DNA of 42,282 bases from a virus. Its lineage: Duplodnaviria > Caudoviricetes. The position numbers and the translations under genes were made by a program. This document shows positions 8,665 to 17,822 of the stretch, in pieces. A model generated the notes under the pieces. The model did not search any database. It was not told the origin of the DNA and worked only from the letters and a program-made list of their open reading frames with translations. Position 1 is the first letter of the stretch; each line of letters opens with the position of its first letter. Location of the stretch: IMG/VR virus record IMGVR_UViG_3300023252_000006, positions 1-42,282 of that record, one strand, 5' to 3'.

Positions 8665-9087
8665 TCAGAGGGTCGTGGGCAGTATGTCGATCTGCCCATC
8701 CCCCCCGGTGAAAACTCGGTACTTCTTGACCGCTCCGTCTTTCACGATCGCTTCCCGCTCCACTCGCGCAGCCCCCATCGAGCAGATGCCAGAGCCGGTG
8801 TAAGCCGCGCCGACTGAAACCGAATCCGGCGGCAGGTAGAACGATGCTTTCTGTCCCGGATCGAGCTTGGCGGCCTGTTTGCCATCGATAAAAACCGCCA
8901 TCGCGCAAAGGCTCCCGGTCTGCCCAGAGTCACGAATCACTTGCAGTGTCCCATATGCCCCTGCTGGCTTGGCCTGGTATGCCGAAAGCTGACTAGCCGG
9001 CGCCTGCTTGGCCTCGCCGGAAGGCGTTGGCGAAGTAGCACACCCCGCCAACAGCGCTAGCACCATAATCCCAATACCGATTCGCAT
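8665..9087 (-). CDS. Moron lipoprotein between K and I (possible superinfection exclusion)
   Basis: Start 9087 MRIGIGIMVLALLAG|C lipobox; AGGAAGAGGA RBS. Confidence 0.8.
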   Translation of the reverse strand: MRIGIGIMVLALLAGCATSPTPSGEAKQAPASQLSAYQAKPAGAYGTLQVIRDSGQTGSLCAMAVFIDGKQAAKLDPGQKASFYLPPDSVSVGAAYTGSGICSMGAARVEREAIVKDGAVKKYRVFTGGDGQIDILPTTL

Positions 9088-9186
9088 AATCCTTCCTCTT
9101 CCTGAAATTCTCCCGACTGTATCACTGCCTTGCGCCACTCTCTATTATCCGCAAAAGCCAATCACACCTAGCAAGCGGAATGCAAT

Positions 9187-9588
9187 ATGTCACGACAGTC
9201 TGGAACTCCAAAACGTGCAGACCTTCCTAATCTAACCGGTCGGATTCACGGAACGACCAATTTTCACTTCAACATCGTCGGGGAATCACATTACCAAGTC
9301 GAGTTACGATACATCCGAAACCACATGTCAGTTGCATACGAAAATGACCTTCAAGCACACATTGTTACGGAGCCCAGCAACCCGCACGACAAAAACGCCT
9401 GCGCTGTTTATATAGATTCATTTAAGGTCGGCTACCTGCCGAAAAATGCAGCCAAAGAATTTGTAAACCAGATGCGTGCGAAGGGGGTTACCGGAGAAGC
9501 CTGTTTCGAGATCCGTGCAAAGCTAACCGGAGGATTTGGTGAGCGACCCAATATAGGGGTTTTGCTAAATCTTCCGACGGGTGATTAG
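9187..9588 (+). CDS. Stand-alone HIRAN-domain protein, inverted moron
   Basis: IVGESHYQ...EPSNPHDKNACAVY...KVGYLPK matches the HIRAN signature; AT-richer than the flanks. Confidence 0.8.
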   Translation: MSRQSGTPKRADLPNLTGRIHGTTNFHFNIVGESHYQVELRYIRNHMSVAYENDLQAHIVTEPSNPHDKNACAVYIDSFKVGYLPKNAAKEFVNQMRAKGVTGEACFEIRAKLTGGFGERPNIGVLLNLPTGD

Positions 9589-9712
9589 CTCGGATATTCT
9601 TCAAGATGGTAGTTTTTCGACGGTCTGTCGCCTAATGAAAAACTACCGTCGGGCAACAGAGTCCATGCCGGGATCCCTCTCGAGTCTTTCCGTTCGCTGC
9701 ATGTAACTTTGC

Positions 9713-10492
9713 TCATAACGCTGCTCCAATAGAAATGCTTTTTGAATCTTTATGTCGAAGGATCAGCCGCGTTCGATCGAGCCACGGGCCACCGAAAACG
9801 ATGACCTCAGAGGGTCTGCCGTACAGGTGGTGCAACAGGAATGGGCCGGGACCGAAGGTTGCTGCATCCTCTTCGGGCAGTACCGGATCGGCGCCGAGGA
9901 AAATCCCCGCGTGGTTCGGGTAAACCGTGCGTCCCACTTCCATCACGATCATGTCGCCGCGCTGCGGCTGGTCGACCCGGTAGAAGCCGGCAGCTTCGTA
10001 GTTCGCCTCGTACAGGCTGGTGTTGTCCTTGCTCTCCCACCAGCCGTCGGCGCGCTTGAAGGCTTCGAACTCCAGCCCCCACTCGCGTTTGTACCAATCG
10101 GCGCAGACCTGCCAGCAGTCCCAGGCGCCGTGCACAAATGGGCGCTTGAGCAGCGGCACCTCGCCGGACGGCATGACGGTGCGCAGGTCGCCCTCTGGCC
10201 AGCTGATGATGTGCCACGGCAGCGCGGTCGCCTCACACACGGCCAGGTCACGCGGTGACGGCCTGCTGGTGGCGTCCGGATGCGAGTGCACCACGCCGAT
10301 CACCTCGCCGACGTCTTCAGCCGCCGCGTACTCCTCGGGATCGATCCGGAACTCTTCGTTCGGCTCGGTAGAGACATTGCGGCACGGGTAGTACTGCTGT
10401 TTGCGGCCCACCGCCAGCAGCAGGCCGCAGCACTCTTTCGGGTATTCGGCCGTCGCGTGAGCCTGGATCGCGTTCAAAATGTGTTTGCGCAT
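9713..10492 (-). CDS. Tail assembly protein K (JAB + NlpC/P60)
   Basis: YPKECCG, HSHPD, DCW, NHAGIFLG, LLHH. Confidence 0.92.
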   Translation of the reverse strand: MRKHILNAIQAHATAEYPKECCGLLLAVGRKQQYYPCRNVSTEPNEEFRIDPEEYAAAEDVGEVIGVVHSHPDATSRPSPRDLAVCEATALPWHIISWPEGDLRTVMPSGEVPLLKRPFVHGAWDCWQVCADWYKREWGLEFEAFKRADGWWESKDNTSLYEANYEAAGFYRVDQPQRGDMIVMEVGRTVYPNHAGIFLGADPVLPEEDAATFGPGPFLLHHLYGRPSEVIVFGGPWLDRTRLILRHKDSKSISIGAAL

Positions 10493-10493
10493 A

Positions 10494-11243
10494 TCAGCTC
10501 CGTGCGATCAGTGAAACAGCGGGCATGCCGCCGAATGACAGCGGATTGCCCTCGCCAAAGCGCGGCGTGCAGCCTTTGCCCAAGGTGGCGTCGCAATAGT
10601 CCAGCTCAGGATTGTCAGTAAGGTTTCCGTCCTTGTCTCGATACGGACCGGTGTATTGGCAATTTGGCCCCCTGTAACCCCCTGTCAGCGCCCAATGGCA
10701 CAGCGTCGTCGCCTGCCGGCCGATGGACTCGTTACCGACGTCGCCCGGGCTGGCCAACTCCCAACTGACCGTCTCCCCGTCTTCATTCGTTTTCTGGTCG
10801 ATGTACCAGACCTCGATCGTCTCCTGGGTCGGATCTGCCGTTGGGTTGCCCGCTGGGAAGTTCACCGCGTCCAGGTACGTGCCCAGCGTGTGCCGCATGG
10901 TCAGCTTGAACTCGAGCAGATCCTCGAACGCCAGACAGAGCGCAGTGATTCGACCGTTGACGTTACCGACCGACAGCGTGGGCCGAACCGCCGTGCCGTC
11001 ACCGTTCGCCTCGATGCCGTCGATCTGCATTGGCCAGGCGCCGTACTCGTTGCCCTGCCAGTAGATCGCCTTCGCGGGCAGCTGATCGGCATTGGCGCCG
11101 GCGGCGATCAGTTCGGACGCCGTGTACGGGATTGAATGCCCGTGGAAGCGCAGAACATCCGCGCCGTAGTCCGTGCCGTCCAATTCAAAGAGCAGCACTT
11201 CGCTGCCAGGCTCAAGCACCTGGATGTCACTGATCAGCGGCAT
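10494..11243 (-). CDS. Minor tail protein L
   Basis: LFELDGT, C-terminal Cys cluster, RFG...FGGMP. Confidence 0.92.
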   Translation of the reverse strand: MPLISDIQVLEPGSEVLLFELDGTDYGADVLRFHGHSIPYTASELIAAGANADQLPAKAIYWQGNEYGAWPMQIDGIEANGDGTAVRPTLSVGNVNGRITALCLAFEDLLEFKLTMRHTLGTYLDAVNFPAGNPTADPTQETIEVWYIDQKTNEDGETVSWELASPGDVGNESIGRQATTLCHWALTGGYRGPNCQYTGPYRDKDGNLTDNPELDYCDATLGKGCTPRFGEGNPLSFGGMPAVSLIARS

Positions 11244-11252
11244 GATTGCCCC

Positions 11253-11591
11253 TTATGGAAGAAACGATTGCGTGAATGTCGTAGCGAGGGAGTACATCCC
11301 GGCGCCGAGAGACGTGATGGCCGGGGCCGAAGCTCGGTAGAACGACAAATCCCCGAGCGGCGGCGTCCAGAAGAACGACTTGTGACCGGCGTGCCGATCA
11401 AGAAAGTCCTTGATCTGAAGCGCGACCGCTTCCTTCACGACGAAGGTAAGCGGCCAGGCGTCTTGCCGATTATTTGGGCCATCCCCGACCACCTGCTCGT
11501 AACCGTTGCCGAACTTTGATGATCGGGTTCGGTACTCTGGCGTGCTGGTGGCCGATACGAACGGGCACCAGGTGAACGTTTCAACGGCCAT
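11253..11591 (-). CDS. Minor tail protein M
   Basis: FTW, FGNGYEQ, FL.RH.G.KSFFWTPP. Confidence 0.9.
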   Translation of the reverse strand: MAVETFTWCPFVSATSTPEYRTRSSKFGNGYEQVVGDGPNNRQDAWPLTFVVKEAVALQIKDFLDRHAGHKSFFWTPPLGDLSFYRASAPAITSLGAGMYSLATTFTQSFLP

Positions 11592-14472
11592 TTACAAGCC
11601 TCCAGATTTGCCCGCCAACTGCCATTTCCTTGGCGATTTCCTGTTGAGCGCCGCGCCTCGCGACATCCGCATAGGCCTGCCCCAACGCCTGCGAGTCCTG
11701 CTGTGAAGCTCCGCCGCCCTCGCTCTGAATTTGAAAGGACTGCTGAATCACGATCTGCCCAGGCGCTGCCGGTGCTGATGATGAGCCGCCGGACAGGCCG
11801 ACATAACCACCGTCCGCGTAACCGCGCTTGTTCAGCCGCGTCAGGTATTCCTTCATCCCCGGCTGATCCACCACTTCCTTGCGGATGACCACCTCGCCGC
11901 CGTGCACGATGCCGGCCGGTTCGTATTTGCCGCCCGGGCCGGTGTATCCACCGTCGTCGAAACCTTGCCAGTTGGATAGGACGTCAGCCGAGTAGCCGGC
12001 GGCGGTGCTCCCTGCAGATGCCGCCGCGCCTCCACCGCTCCCGAGGGCCGCACCGATCGCGCTTCCGGCAATGCTGGAAAACACATTCGAGGCGGCCGAC
12101 TGAAGTGCCATTTTCGCGATCATGCGAGCAAAGCTCTTGGCGACATCACCGAAGCTCTGATCGGCGCCGAACGCCCAATCTACTGCGGCATCGGTCAACC
12201 CGTCATACAGCGACGTGAAGGCCGACTTCGCCTGCCCGGCCACATCCCGAGCCTGATTGAGGTAGTTGTCGAATGCCGATGAAGCGCCCAACTGCCAGTC
12301 GCTGCGGGCGGCGTCTTCGTCCTCGTAGTACTTCGCCTGCATGGCCAGGCGCTGGTCGAGCGCCGACCGCAAGGACTGAGTTTCCTTGTCGTAGAGCTCG
12401 GTGCTGAATTGGTCCTTGTTGCTCTTGTTGTAGTCGGAGGTCAGTTTGTCGAGTTGCGACTGATACGACTGCTGGATGTTGCGCTGCTCCTGCAGACGCT
12501 TGCGTTGCTCGTCGCCCAGACCGATCCCGGCCAGGTTGTTGTCCAGGCCCTGCTGCGCACTGGCGAGCTGGCTTTTCAGGTTCTCATCGAACGCCGCCAA
12601 CTTGCGGCGAGTTTCCAGCCCCTTCTCACGCAGCGTGTTCTCGGTTTCGAGTGCCGCGTTACGCTTGAGCTGGGCGGTGATCAGCTCCTGGTTGGCCAGC
12701 AGCGACTGCTGTTCGGCAGTCAGGGTTTTCTTGCCCTTGATGTCGGCGAGCTGTTGCTCCCACTCGACCAGTTTCTTCGCGTTCGTGCCAAGGGTCTGGC
12801 TCGCCGCCGACTGGTCGCCGATCAGTGCGCTCTGCTGCTGAAGCACGGCGTATTGCTGCTTGGCCTGGTCGAGCGCCTTGATGCCGGCGTTCTCCTGATA
12901 CTTCGGCGTCTTGGCGGCCTTCGGATCCTTGTATTTCTCGTTGATGGCGGCGATATCTTTCGCCTGCTGATCAGCGGAGATCAGCAGAGAGTTGTCACCT
13001 TTGGCTTTGGCCTGGGTAACCCGACGCTCCACCAGCAAACGATAATCAGCCAGTTCACGCTCACGCTTTACCGAATTGCTCTCGGTTTCCTTGCGGAGTT
13101 TGTCCAGCTTGAGCTGGTCATCCAGCGCTGCCTGCTGTTGCTGCTGGGCGTACCCTTTGGCGGAAGCGCGACGATCCTGCTCGGCCTTGAGCAGCAGCTT
13201 TTCGGTTTTCTCCCGCTCGAGCGCTTCCGTGCGGAAGCTGTCATCGGGCGTCAGATTGCCGAACGGATCCGCCGGTTTCCCCCTGGCGTTGCGCTTGTTG
13301 CGCGAGGCCGCATTCTCGGCGATCGCGTTCAGTTGCTCGTCGAGTTTGGCGATCTGCTGGTCGAGGGTTTCTTCTCGCCCAACGTTCAGCGCCGCGTCCC
13401 ACGCCCCCTTGGCAGCGCTCTTGACCGCCCCCCAGCTCGCCTCGAGGTAGCCGAGGTTCTGCTTGATGGACGTGGATGTCCGATTGAGACCGTCCTCATA
13501 GGTGGCGGTCGCCAACGCGGCCGCTTCCTGAGTCCTGCCCTGCTCCTGCAAAGACTTGATGTTTTCGTACGTGGTCGCCGTCAGGAAGTTCATCGACTCG
13601 TTGAGTTTCAGAATCTCCGCTACCGGGTCCTTGGCAATCTTCTCGAAGTTCTCGACCGTTTTACTGGCCGCAATCCCGGTCGCCGATTCGAACTTGATGG
13701 CGGCCTCGGTGATGGACTCGAAAGCCGCTACCGGAATCCGGGTAGTCGCCGCCAACTGCGCGAGCACCTCGGACGCCTTGCCGACGGTGCCGCTGACCCC
13801 CGAAACTTGCCGCGCCATCGACGCCAAACCGTTCGCGGTGGTGCCGGCCGTGTTGCCCGTCATCGCCAGCGAGGTATTGAACGCGGTGGCTTCGTCGGAA
13901 CCCTGCTTGTAAGCCAGGGCCAGTACTGCCGCCGCGGCTGCCGCGACCGTGAACGGGTTCACCAGACCCAGCACGTAGCCGCCGAGGGCTTTTGCCGCCG
14001 GCACCACGCCGCCGAACATGTCCTTGAGCTGGCCACCCTGCTGGAGGAAAACCGTGAGCGGGTTCTGACCGGCCTGCAACGAAACGGCGATGTCGGTGAA
14101 CTGAGCCGGCACACCGCGCAGGTTCGCCGCGTACTGCTTGGCGGTCTGGCCGTTCTTGGCCATGACACGGTCAACCTTCTCGACCGCGTCGCGCTGCTCC
14201 TTCAGCTTGTTGAGGTACAGGGTGAAATCGGCATTATCCAGCCGGCCAGCCGCGCGGTGCTTGCGCAGCTGTTCTTCCATTTTGTCGAGGCGCCCGTAGG
14301 CCCCGATCACCGGGTCAATCTGGCCGACCAGCTTGTCGAGCTGGCCAGCCTGATAGGCCGCTTCCTTGGTGGCCGACTTCAGCGCACGCTGGGCACGGTC
14401 CATGCCCTTTTCAAAGCCGCCGGTGTTGGCCACCAGATCGACCGTCAGTTGGCCAAGTGAATCAACCGCCAT
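11581..14472 (-). CDS. Tape measure protein (963 aa)
   Basis: LGQLTVDLVA, PAQFTDI...QQGGQLKDMFGG, helical Ala/Gln-rich body, GGYTGPGGKYEPAGIVHGGE. Confidence 0.95.
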   Translation of the reverse strand: MAVDSLGQLTVDLVANTGGFEKGMDRAQRALKSATKEAAYQAGQLDKLVGQIDPVIGAYGRLDKMEEQLRKHRAAGRLDNADFTLYLNKLKEQRDAVEKVDRVMAKNGQTAKQYAANLRGVPAQFTDIAVSLQAGQNPLTVFLQQGGQLKDMFGGVVPAAKALGGYVLGLVNPFTVAAAAAAVLALAYKQGSDEATAFNTSLAMTGNTAGTTANGLASMARQVSGVSGTVGKASEVLAQLAATTRIPVAAFESITEAAIKFESATGIAASKTVENFEKIAKDPVAEILKLNESMNFLTATTYENIKSLQEQGRTQEAAALATATYEDGLNRTSTSIKQNLGYLEASWGAVKSAAKGAWDAALNVGREETLDQQIAKLDEQLNAIAENAASRNKRNARGKPADPFGNLTPDDSFRTEALEREKTEKLLLKAEQDRRASAKGYAQQQQQAALDDQLKLDKLRKETESNSVKRERELADYRLLVERRVTQAKAKGDNSLLISADQQAKDIAAINEKYKDPKAAKTPKYQENAGIKALDQAKQQYAVLQQQSALIGDQSAASQTLGTNAKKLVEWEQQLADIKGKKTLTAEQQSLLANQELITAQLKRNAALETENTLREKGLETRRKLAAFDENLKSQLASAQQGLDNNLAGIGLGDEQRKRLQEQRNIQQSYQSQLDKLTSDYNKSNKDQFSTELYDKETQSLRSALDQRLAMQAKYYEDEDAARSDWQLGASSAFDNYLNQARDVAGQAKSAFTSLYDGLTDAAVDWAFGADQSFGDVAKSFARMIAKMALQSAASNVFSSIAGSAIGAALGSGGGAAASAGSTAAGYSADVLSNWQGFDDGGYTGPGGKYEPAGIVHGGEVVIRKEVVDQPGMKEYLTRLNKRGYADGGYVGLSGGSSSAPAAPGQIVIQQSFQIQSEGGGASQQDSQALGQAYADVARRGAQQEIAKEMAVGGQIWRLVNGR

Positions 14473-14475
14473 AAA

Positions 14476-14790
14476 TCACCTCTTGACCGACTGAAGTAGC
14501 GCTAACAAATCCTGCGGCGTGGCTTCTTTTGGCTCTGGCTTCTGCCCTCGATCAGGAAGGAAGTCATCAAAGGTCGCCTTCCCGCCGTGTACGTTGTTGA
14601 GCAGCGTTGCCAGCATTGCGAAACCATGCTCGATGCGAATGCCCAGATTCAGCGATCCCGCCTTGCGGGCGTACCGCATCCAGTTCATCGCCTCGACGTA
14701 AGTCAGGTTTTGCTTGGCTTCTGCGATCGTGCGGCCGCCGATCCCCGCGAGGACGAGCTCGTGCCAGAACTCTTCCTCGGGTTCGATTTT
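14476..14790 (-). CDS. Tail chaperone GT C-terminal part, reached by -1 frameshift
   Basis: -1 frame is open from the A8 run: IEPEEEFWHELVLAGIGGRTIAEAKQNLTYVEAMNWMRY... Confidence 0.8.
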   Translation of the reverse strand, partial: KIEPEEEFWHELVLAGIGGRTIAEAKQNLTYVEAMNWMRYARKAGSLNLGIRIEHGFAMLATLLNNVHGGKATFDDFLPDRGQKPEPKEATPQDLLALLQSVKR

Positions 14791-15143
14791 TTTTCCAAGG
14801 CGCCCTCTTTCACCTGGTTCACTTCGCCAATTGCTGAAAGCAGAACAATTGCGAGCTCAGCACACAGCGGGCCATGCCCGGTCTCGGGCCCACCAAGAAC
14901 ATCGGCAACGGTGAACACCGGAGCGCCATCCTTGTCGACGATGCACGACGCAATGCGCTGCGCAGTAATGTCCACACCCTGGTTCTGCGCGTCCCAGCGC
15001 TGGGTAACCGAGATGTACGACTCATGAGCCACGTAGACCGTGGCTTTCTGAAGAACGCCGCCCGAATGCCATTGAATTTCCTTCTTCACCGACGGAGCGG
15101 CAAACGCACCGGCGGCTGCCAGCGCTGCGATACTCAGTTCCAT
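14703..15143 (-). CDS. Tail assembly chaperone G
   Basis: Between tail tube and tape measure; RIASCIVDKDG.PVFT; slippery GAA AAA AAA near the 3' end. Confidence 0.85.
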   Translation of the reverse strand: MELSIAALAAAGAFAAPSVKKEIQWHSGGVLQKATVYVAHESYISVTQRWDAQNQGVDITAQRIASCIVDKDGAPVFTVADVLGGPETGHGPLCAELAIVLLSAIGEVNQVKEGALEKKSNPRKSSGTSSSSRGSAAARSQKPSKT

Positions 15144-15152
15144 GGGGATTCC

Positions 15153-15881
15153 TTAAGCTGAGGTCTTGACGATCAGTTCGACTTCGCCAGATACCTGGAT
15201 ACCGACGTTGGATTTCACGACATCACCAATCCCGAAAGTGAACGGAAAAGCGTTCATGTAGCCTTCGAAGGTGAGCCAGGTCCGGGTATTTGGAAGCTCA
15301 AAGTCAGCGCTTTCATTGACCAGGGCGCGAGCTGATGCGCCAGTGCCTGAGCCACCGGTAAGAGCTACGGTCGGAACGGTGGTGTAGCCGGAACCGGCGT
15401 TGGTGATGGTGAAACCGGTGACCTTGCCATCGGCAATTTGGGCTGTTGCAGTCGCACCGGTACCGCCACCGCCGGTGATAGCAACAGTCGGAGCCGTGGT
15501 GTAGCCGGTGCCCGCGGAGTTCAGCACGATTGCGGCCAGCGAGCCTTCAGCACCTACCAGCGGCGGTATACCGCTTTCAGTATCGAAGTTGTAGCCGTCC
15601 GACCAGCCCACAGCCCACTTGAGTTTGGTGCCCGATTTTTTCAGCTGATGCAGCCGCAAATGGGAAGGGTTTTTCGGGTCAATGTTCAGGCCGAACGATG
15701 CAGAACCGGGCTCAGCCAAGCCGGCTTCGTACTCACGAGCCTTAGACTTGGTGCAGGTCACGTCAATCTGGGCGATTGCAGTGTCGATCCCGTCCAGCGA
15801 AGTGAAGCAACCGACGTCGATGACGCTGTTATCGGCCGGGTCGAGGGCGAACAGCTCGGTGCCTTGGGTGTTAATGGTCAA
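15153..15881 (-). CDS. Major tail tube protein with internal Gly/Thr-rich repeat insertion
   Basis: TQGTELF, IDVTC...[18 protein letters not shown]; two internal G(T/S)GYTTxPTV repeats. Confidence 0.88.
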   Translation of the reverse strand: MTINTQGTELFALDPADNSVIDVGCFTSLDGIDTAIAQIDVTCTKSKAREYEAGLAEPGSASFGLNIDPKNPSHLRLHQLKKSGTKLKWAVGWSDGYNFDTESGIPPLVGAEGSLAAIVLNSAGTGYTTAPTVAITGGGGTGATATAQIADGKVTGFTITNAGSGYTTVPTVALTGGSGTGASARALVNESADFELPNTRTWLTFEGYMNAFPFTFGIGDVVKSNVGIQVSGEVELIVKTSA

Positions 15882-15966
15882 TTTGGTACTCCCCGATTTC
15901 CTATGAAATCACTGGTTGACGGGCATAAAAAAACCCGCCGGAGCGGGTCGTTCTTTCTGGAGCGAT

Positions 15967-16332
15967 CTACTGGCTCACAAGCCAGGCAACGTCGAAACCT
16001 TTTCTGTAGTTATGCGTGTCCTTGTCTCGAGCATCGACGCCGAAACCGGTGACGTACGCACGCTTGGCGATAGCTCCACGCAGGGCTTTCACAACTGCCT
16101 CAGCGGATGAAGCCGTATCGGCGTACACGTCCACCTGCAGGCCGTAGCGATCGGTATCCGGCACGCCGTTGACGTAGTTGATCGGCGAGCCGCTGACGAC
16201 CTGCCACACGGCGTAGGGTTTGGCTGTTGCCTCCGGCGCTTCGCCGTGCGGGTACAGTCGAGTCGGCCCAGTGCCGAGCAGGGCCGTGACCGCCGGCGAG
16301 GCCGCGCACACAGTGAAAATGGGTGCAGTCAT
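15967..16332 (-). CDS. Tail terminator (DUF3168-like)
   Basis: Start 16332 coupled to upstream stop; RLYPHGEAP, PYAVWQ, QVDVYA. Confidence 0.82.
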   Translation of the reverse strand: MTAPIFTVCAASPAVTALLGTGPTRLYPHGEAPEATAKPYAVWQVVSGSPINYVNGVPDTDRYGLQVDVYADTASSAEAVVKALRGAIAKRAYVTGFGVDARDKDTHNYRKGFDVAWLVSQ

Positions 16333-16775
16333 CAGTTCACCCCCAACTTGATCAGCTGGTACTTCGCCGAGCTGAGGAATTCCTTGAACAGCGCCTCGCG
16401 GTTGTTGGCCAGGGCCGGTCGGAGAAACGGTTTTGCCCGGTTCTTCTCGGTGCCCAGCTCCACCCACCACCAGTAGAACGTATTACCGCCCTTCTGGCCA
16501 CGCTTGCGCATGCGCACGCCCACAGAAATGACCACGGCGCCGACTTCCTCGCCGATCGCCTTGCGCTCGATCATGGCCAGGTTGGCCGGGATGAAGTTGG
16601 AGGTTTCCGGGTCGTCGATCCGCGCCGCGCGGTCCTTCGCGTCGAGCAGAACGATGTCCATCGCGTCTTTGGCGGCCGGCAGCACCACCTTGCGGCGCAT
16701 TTCCTCGGTCAATCCTTTGAACTTGGCGGACAGTTCGTCAGCGCCCTTGAGGTTGTACGTGACCCAATCAACCAT
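16332..16775 (-). CDS. HK97 gp10-family tail completion protein
   Basis: FYWWWVELGT...AKPFLRPAL. Confidence 0.88.
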   Translation of the reverse strand: MVDWVTYNLKGADELSAKFKGLTEEMRRKVVLPAAKDAMDIVLLDAKDRAARIDDPETSNFIPANLAMIERKAIGEEVGAVVISVGVRMRKRGQKGGNTFYWWWVELGTEKNRAKPFLRPALANNREALFKEFLSSAKYQLIKLGVN

Positions 16776-17109
16776 CGCTCACCCCCGAGGTGACCAGAAG
16801 CGTCAGGTACTCCTTGCGTGAGTTCGCGTCAGCCAGTGGAGGCCCGACGATTCTGCAAACGGTGCCGTCATCCAGAACAACACGCATTGCTGCGGTGATG
16901 CCTTCGCGATGGCGAATGACGACCCGGCTTTTCGCCTCGGACTGGCCGGCCTGGGCGGCGATGAAGTCGCGTGCACTCAAGTCCTCGACCGAGGCCCATA
17001 CCTTGGCGAACTCGACCCATTGATCAGTCAATTCTTCTCCGGTTTGCGGATCCTGGCTCGAAACCTTGTGCTGGATTTGAACCCGATGCTTGAGTTTGCC
17101 GGCCTGCAT
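16768..17109 (-). CDS. Head closure (head-tail adaptor) protein
   Basis: MQAGKLKHRVQIQ...WASVE.LS.R...IRHR. Confidence 0.88.
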   Translation of the reverse strand: MQAGKLKHRVQIQHKVSSQDPQTGEELTDQWVEFAKVWASVEDLSARDFIAAQAGQSEAKSRVVIRHREGITAAMRVVLDDGTVCRIVGPPLADANSRKEYLTLLVTSGVSDG

Positions 17110-17408
17110 TAGAAACGCTTCCTGTACCAAAGCAGCCGTTCGACTGCGAGAGGGACGGCCGAAGCCGCACCGCCGACTACCACAGCTTCGCGGTTCGCGT
17201 ACCAGTGCCCCACCATTAGCAAAATTGCCTGCTCAACGTCCCGGGTGAAGCCCATTTCTTCAGGCTCAGCCGGATCCGTTTCGACCAACTTCCGATCACA
17301 GTGCTGCTCCACGTGCGCTTTTGCCGCTTCGATGTAGCCACCGATCAACGCGTCTTCTTCGTCGCCATCGACTCGCAGATGCAACTTCACGGTGGTCATG
17401 TCGAGCAT
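17109..17408 (-). CDS. Head-tail connector (HK97 gp6-like)
   Basis: VKLHLRVD..EED.LI, AILLMVGHWYANRE. Confidence 0.9.
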   Translation of the reverse strand: MLDMTTVKLHLRVDGDEEDALIGGYIEAAKAHVEQHCDRKLVETDPAEPEEMGFTRDVEQAILLMVGHWYANREAVVVGGAASAVPLAVERLLWYRKRF

Positions 17409-17765
17409 TTACTTGGCCTCTTTGGCGGCTTTATCAGCAGCAGCCTTGTCCGCCGCTGCTTTCTCGGCAGCGGCCTTATCAGCCGCCGCTTTTTCCTCGG
17501 CCGCCTTGTCTGCTGCTGCCTTCTCAGCGGCGGCTTTATCAGCAGCAGCCTTCTCCTCATTTGGCGCGGCGGGCTTGGTGCTCTTCGGCTTCGCAACTTT
17601 CGGTTTTCCGTTGGCATCGAGCTCAACGGCCAGTCCTTTGCCGAGCAGCACATGGGCATACTCGTCATCTACATCTTCGAACTCTTGCCCGCTTTTAACC
17701 TTCGGCGAATCGACGCCGAGGAGTTCGGCGTTTCCTACAAAACCCCACAGAGCTTTGATTTTCAT
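17409..17765 (-). CDS. Capsid-adjacent small protein with AAA(D/E)K-repeat tail
   Basis: GGAGG RBS; short N-domain followed by ~8 pentapeptide repeats. Confidence 0.8.
   Translation of the reverse strand: MKIKALWGFVGNAELLGVDSPKVKSGQEFEDVDDEYAHVLLGKGLAVELDANGKPKVAKPKSTKPAAPNEEKAAADKAAAEKAAADKAAEEKAAADKAAAEKAAADKAAADKAAKEAK
17412..17557 (-). repeat. Degenerate 15-nt coding tandem repeat
   Basis: Encodes EEKAAADKAAAEKAAADKAAEEKAAADKAAAEKAAADKAAADKAAKEAK. Confidence 0.85.
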
Positions 17766-17822
17766 GCTGCCTCCAGAAACGAAAAGGCCGGCGAATAGCC
17801 GGCCATGAACGGTGATGGTGAG

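Noticed and set aside
12409-14460. 683-aa + strand ORF
   Set aside because: Antisense shadow of the tape measure gene
17392-17808. Hydrophobic AAALS/AAAFS-repeat ORF on + strand
   Set aside because: Reverse complement of the AAADK repeat gene
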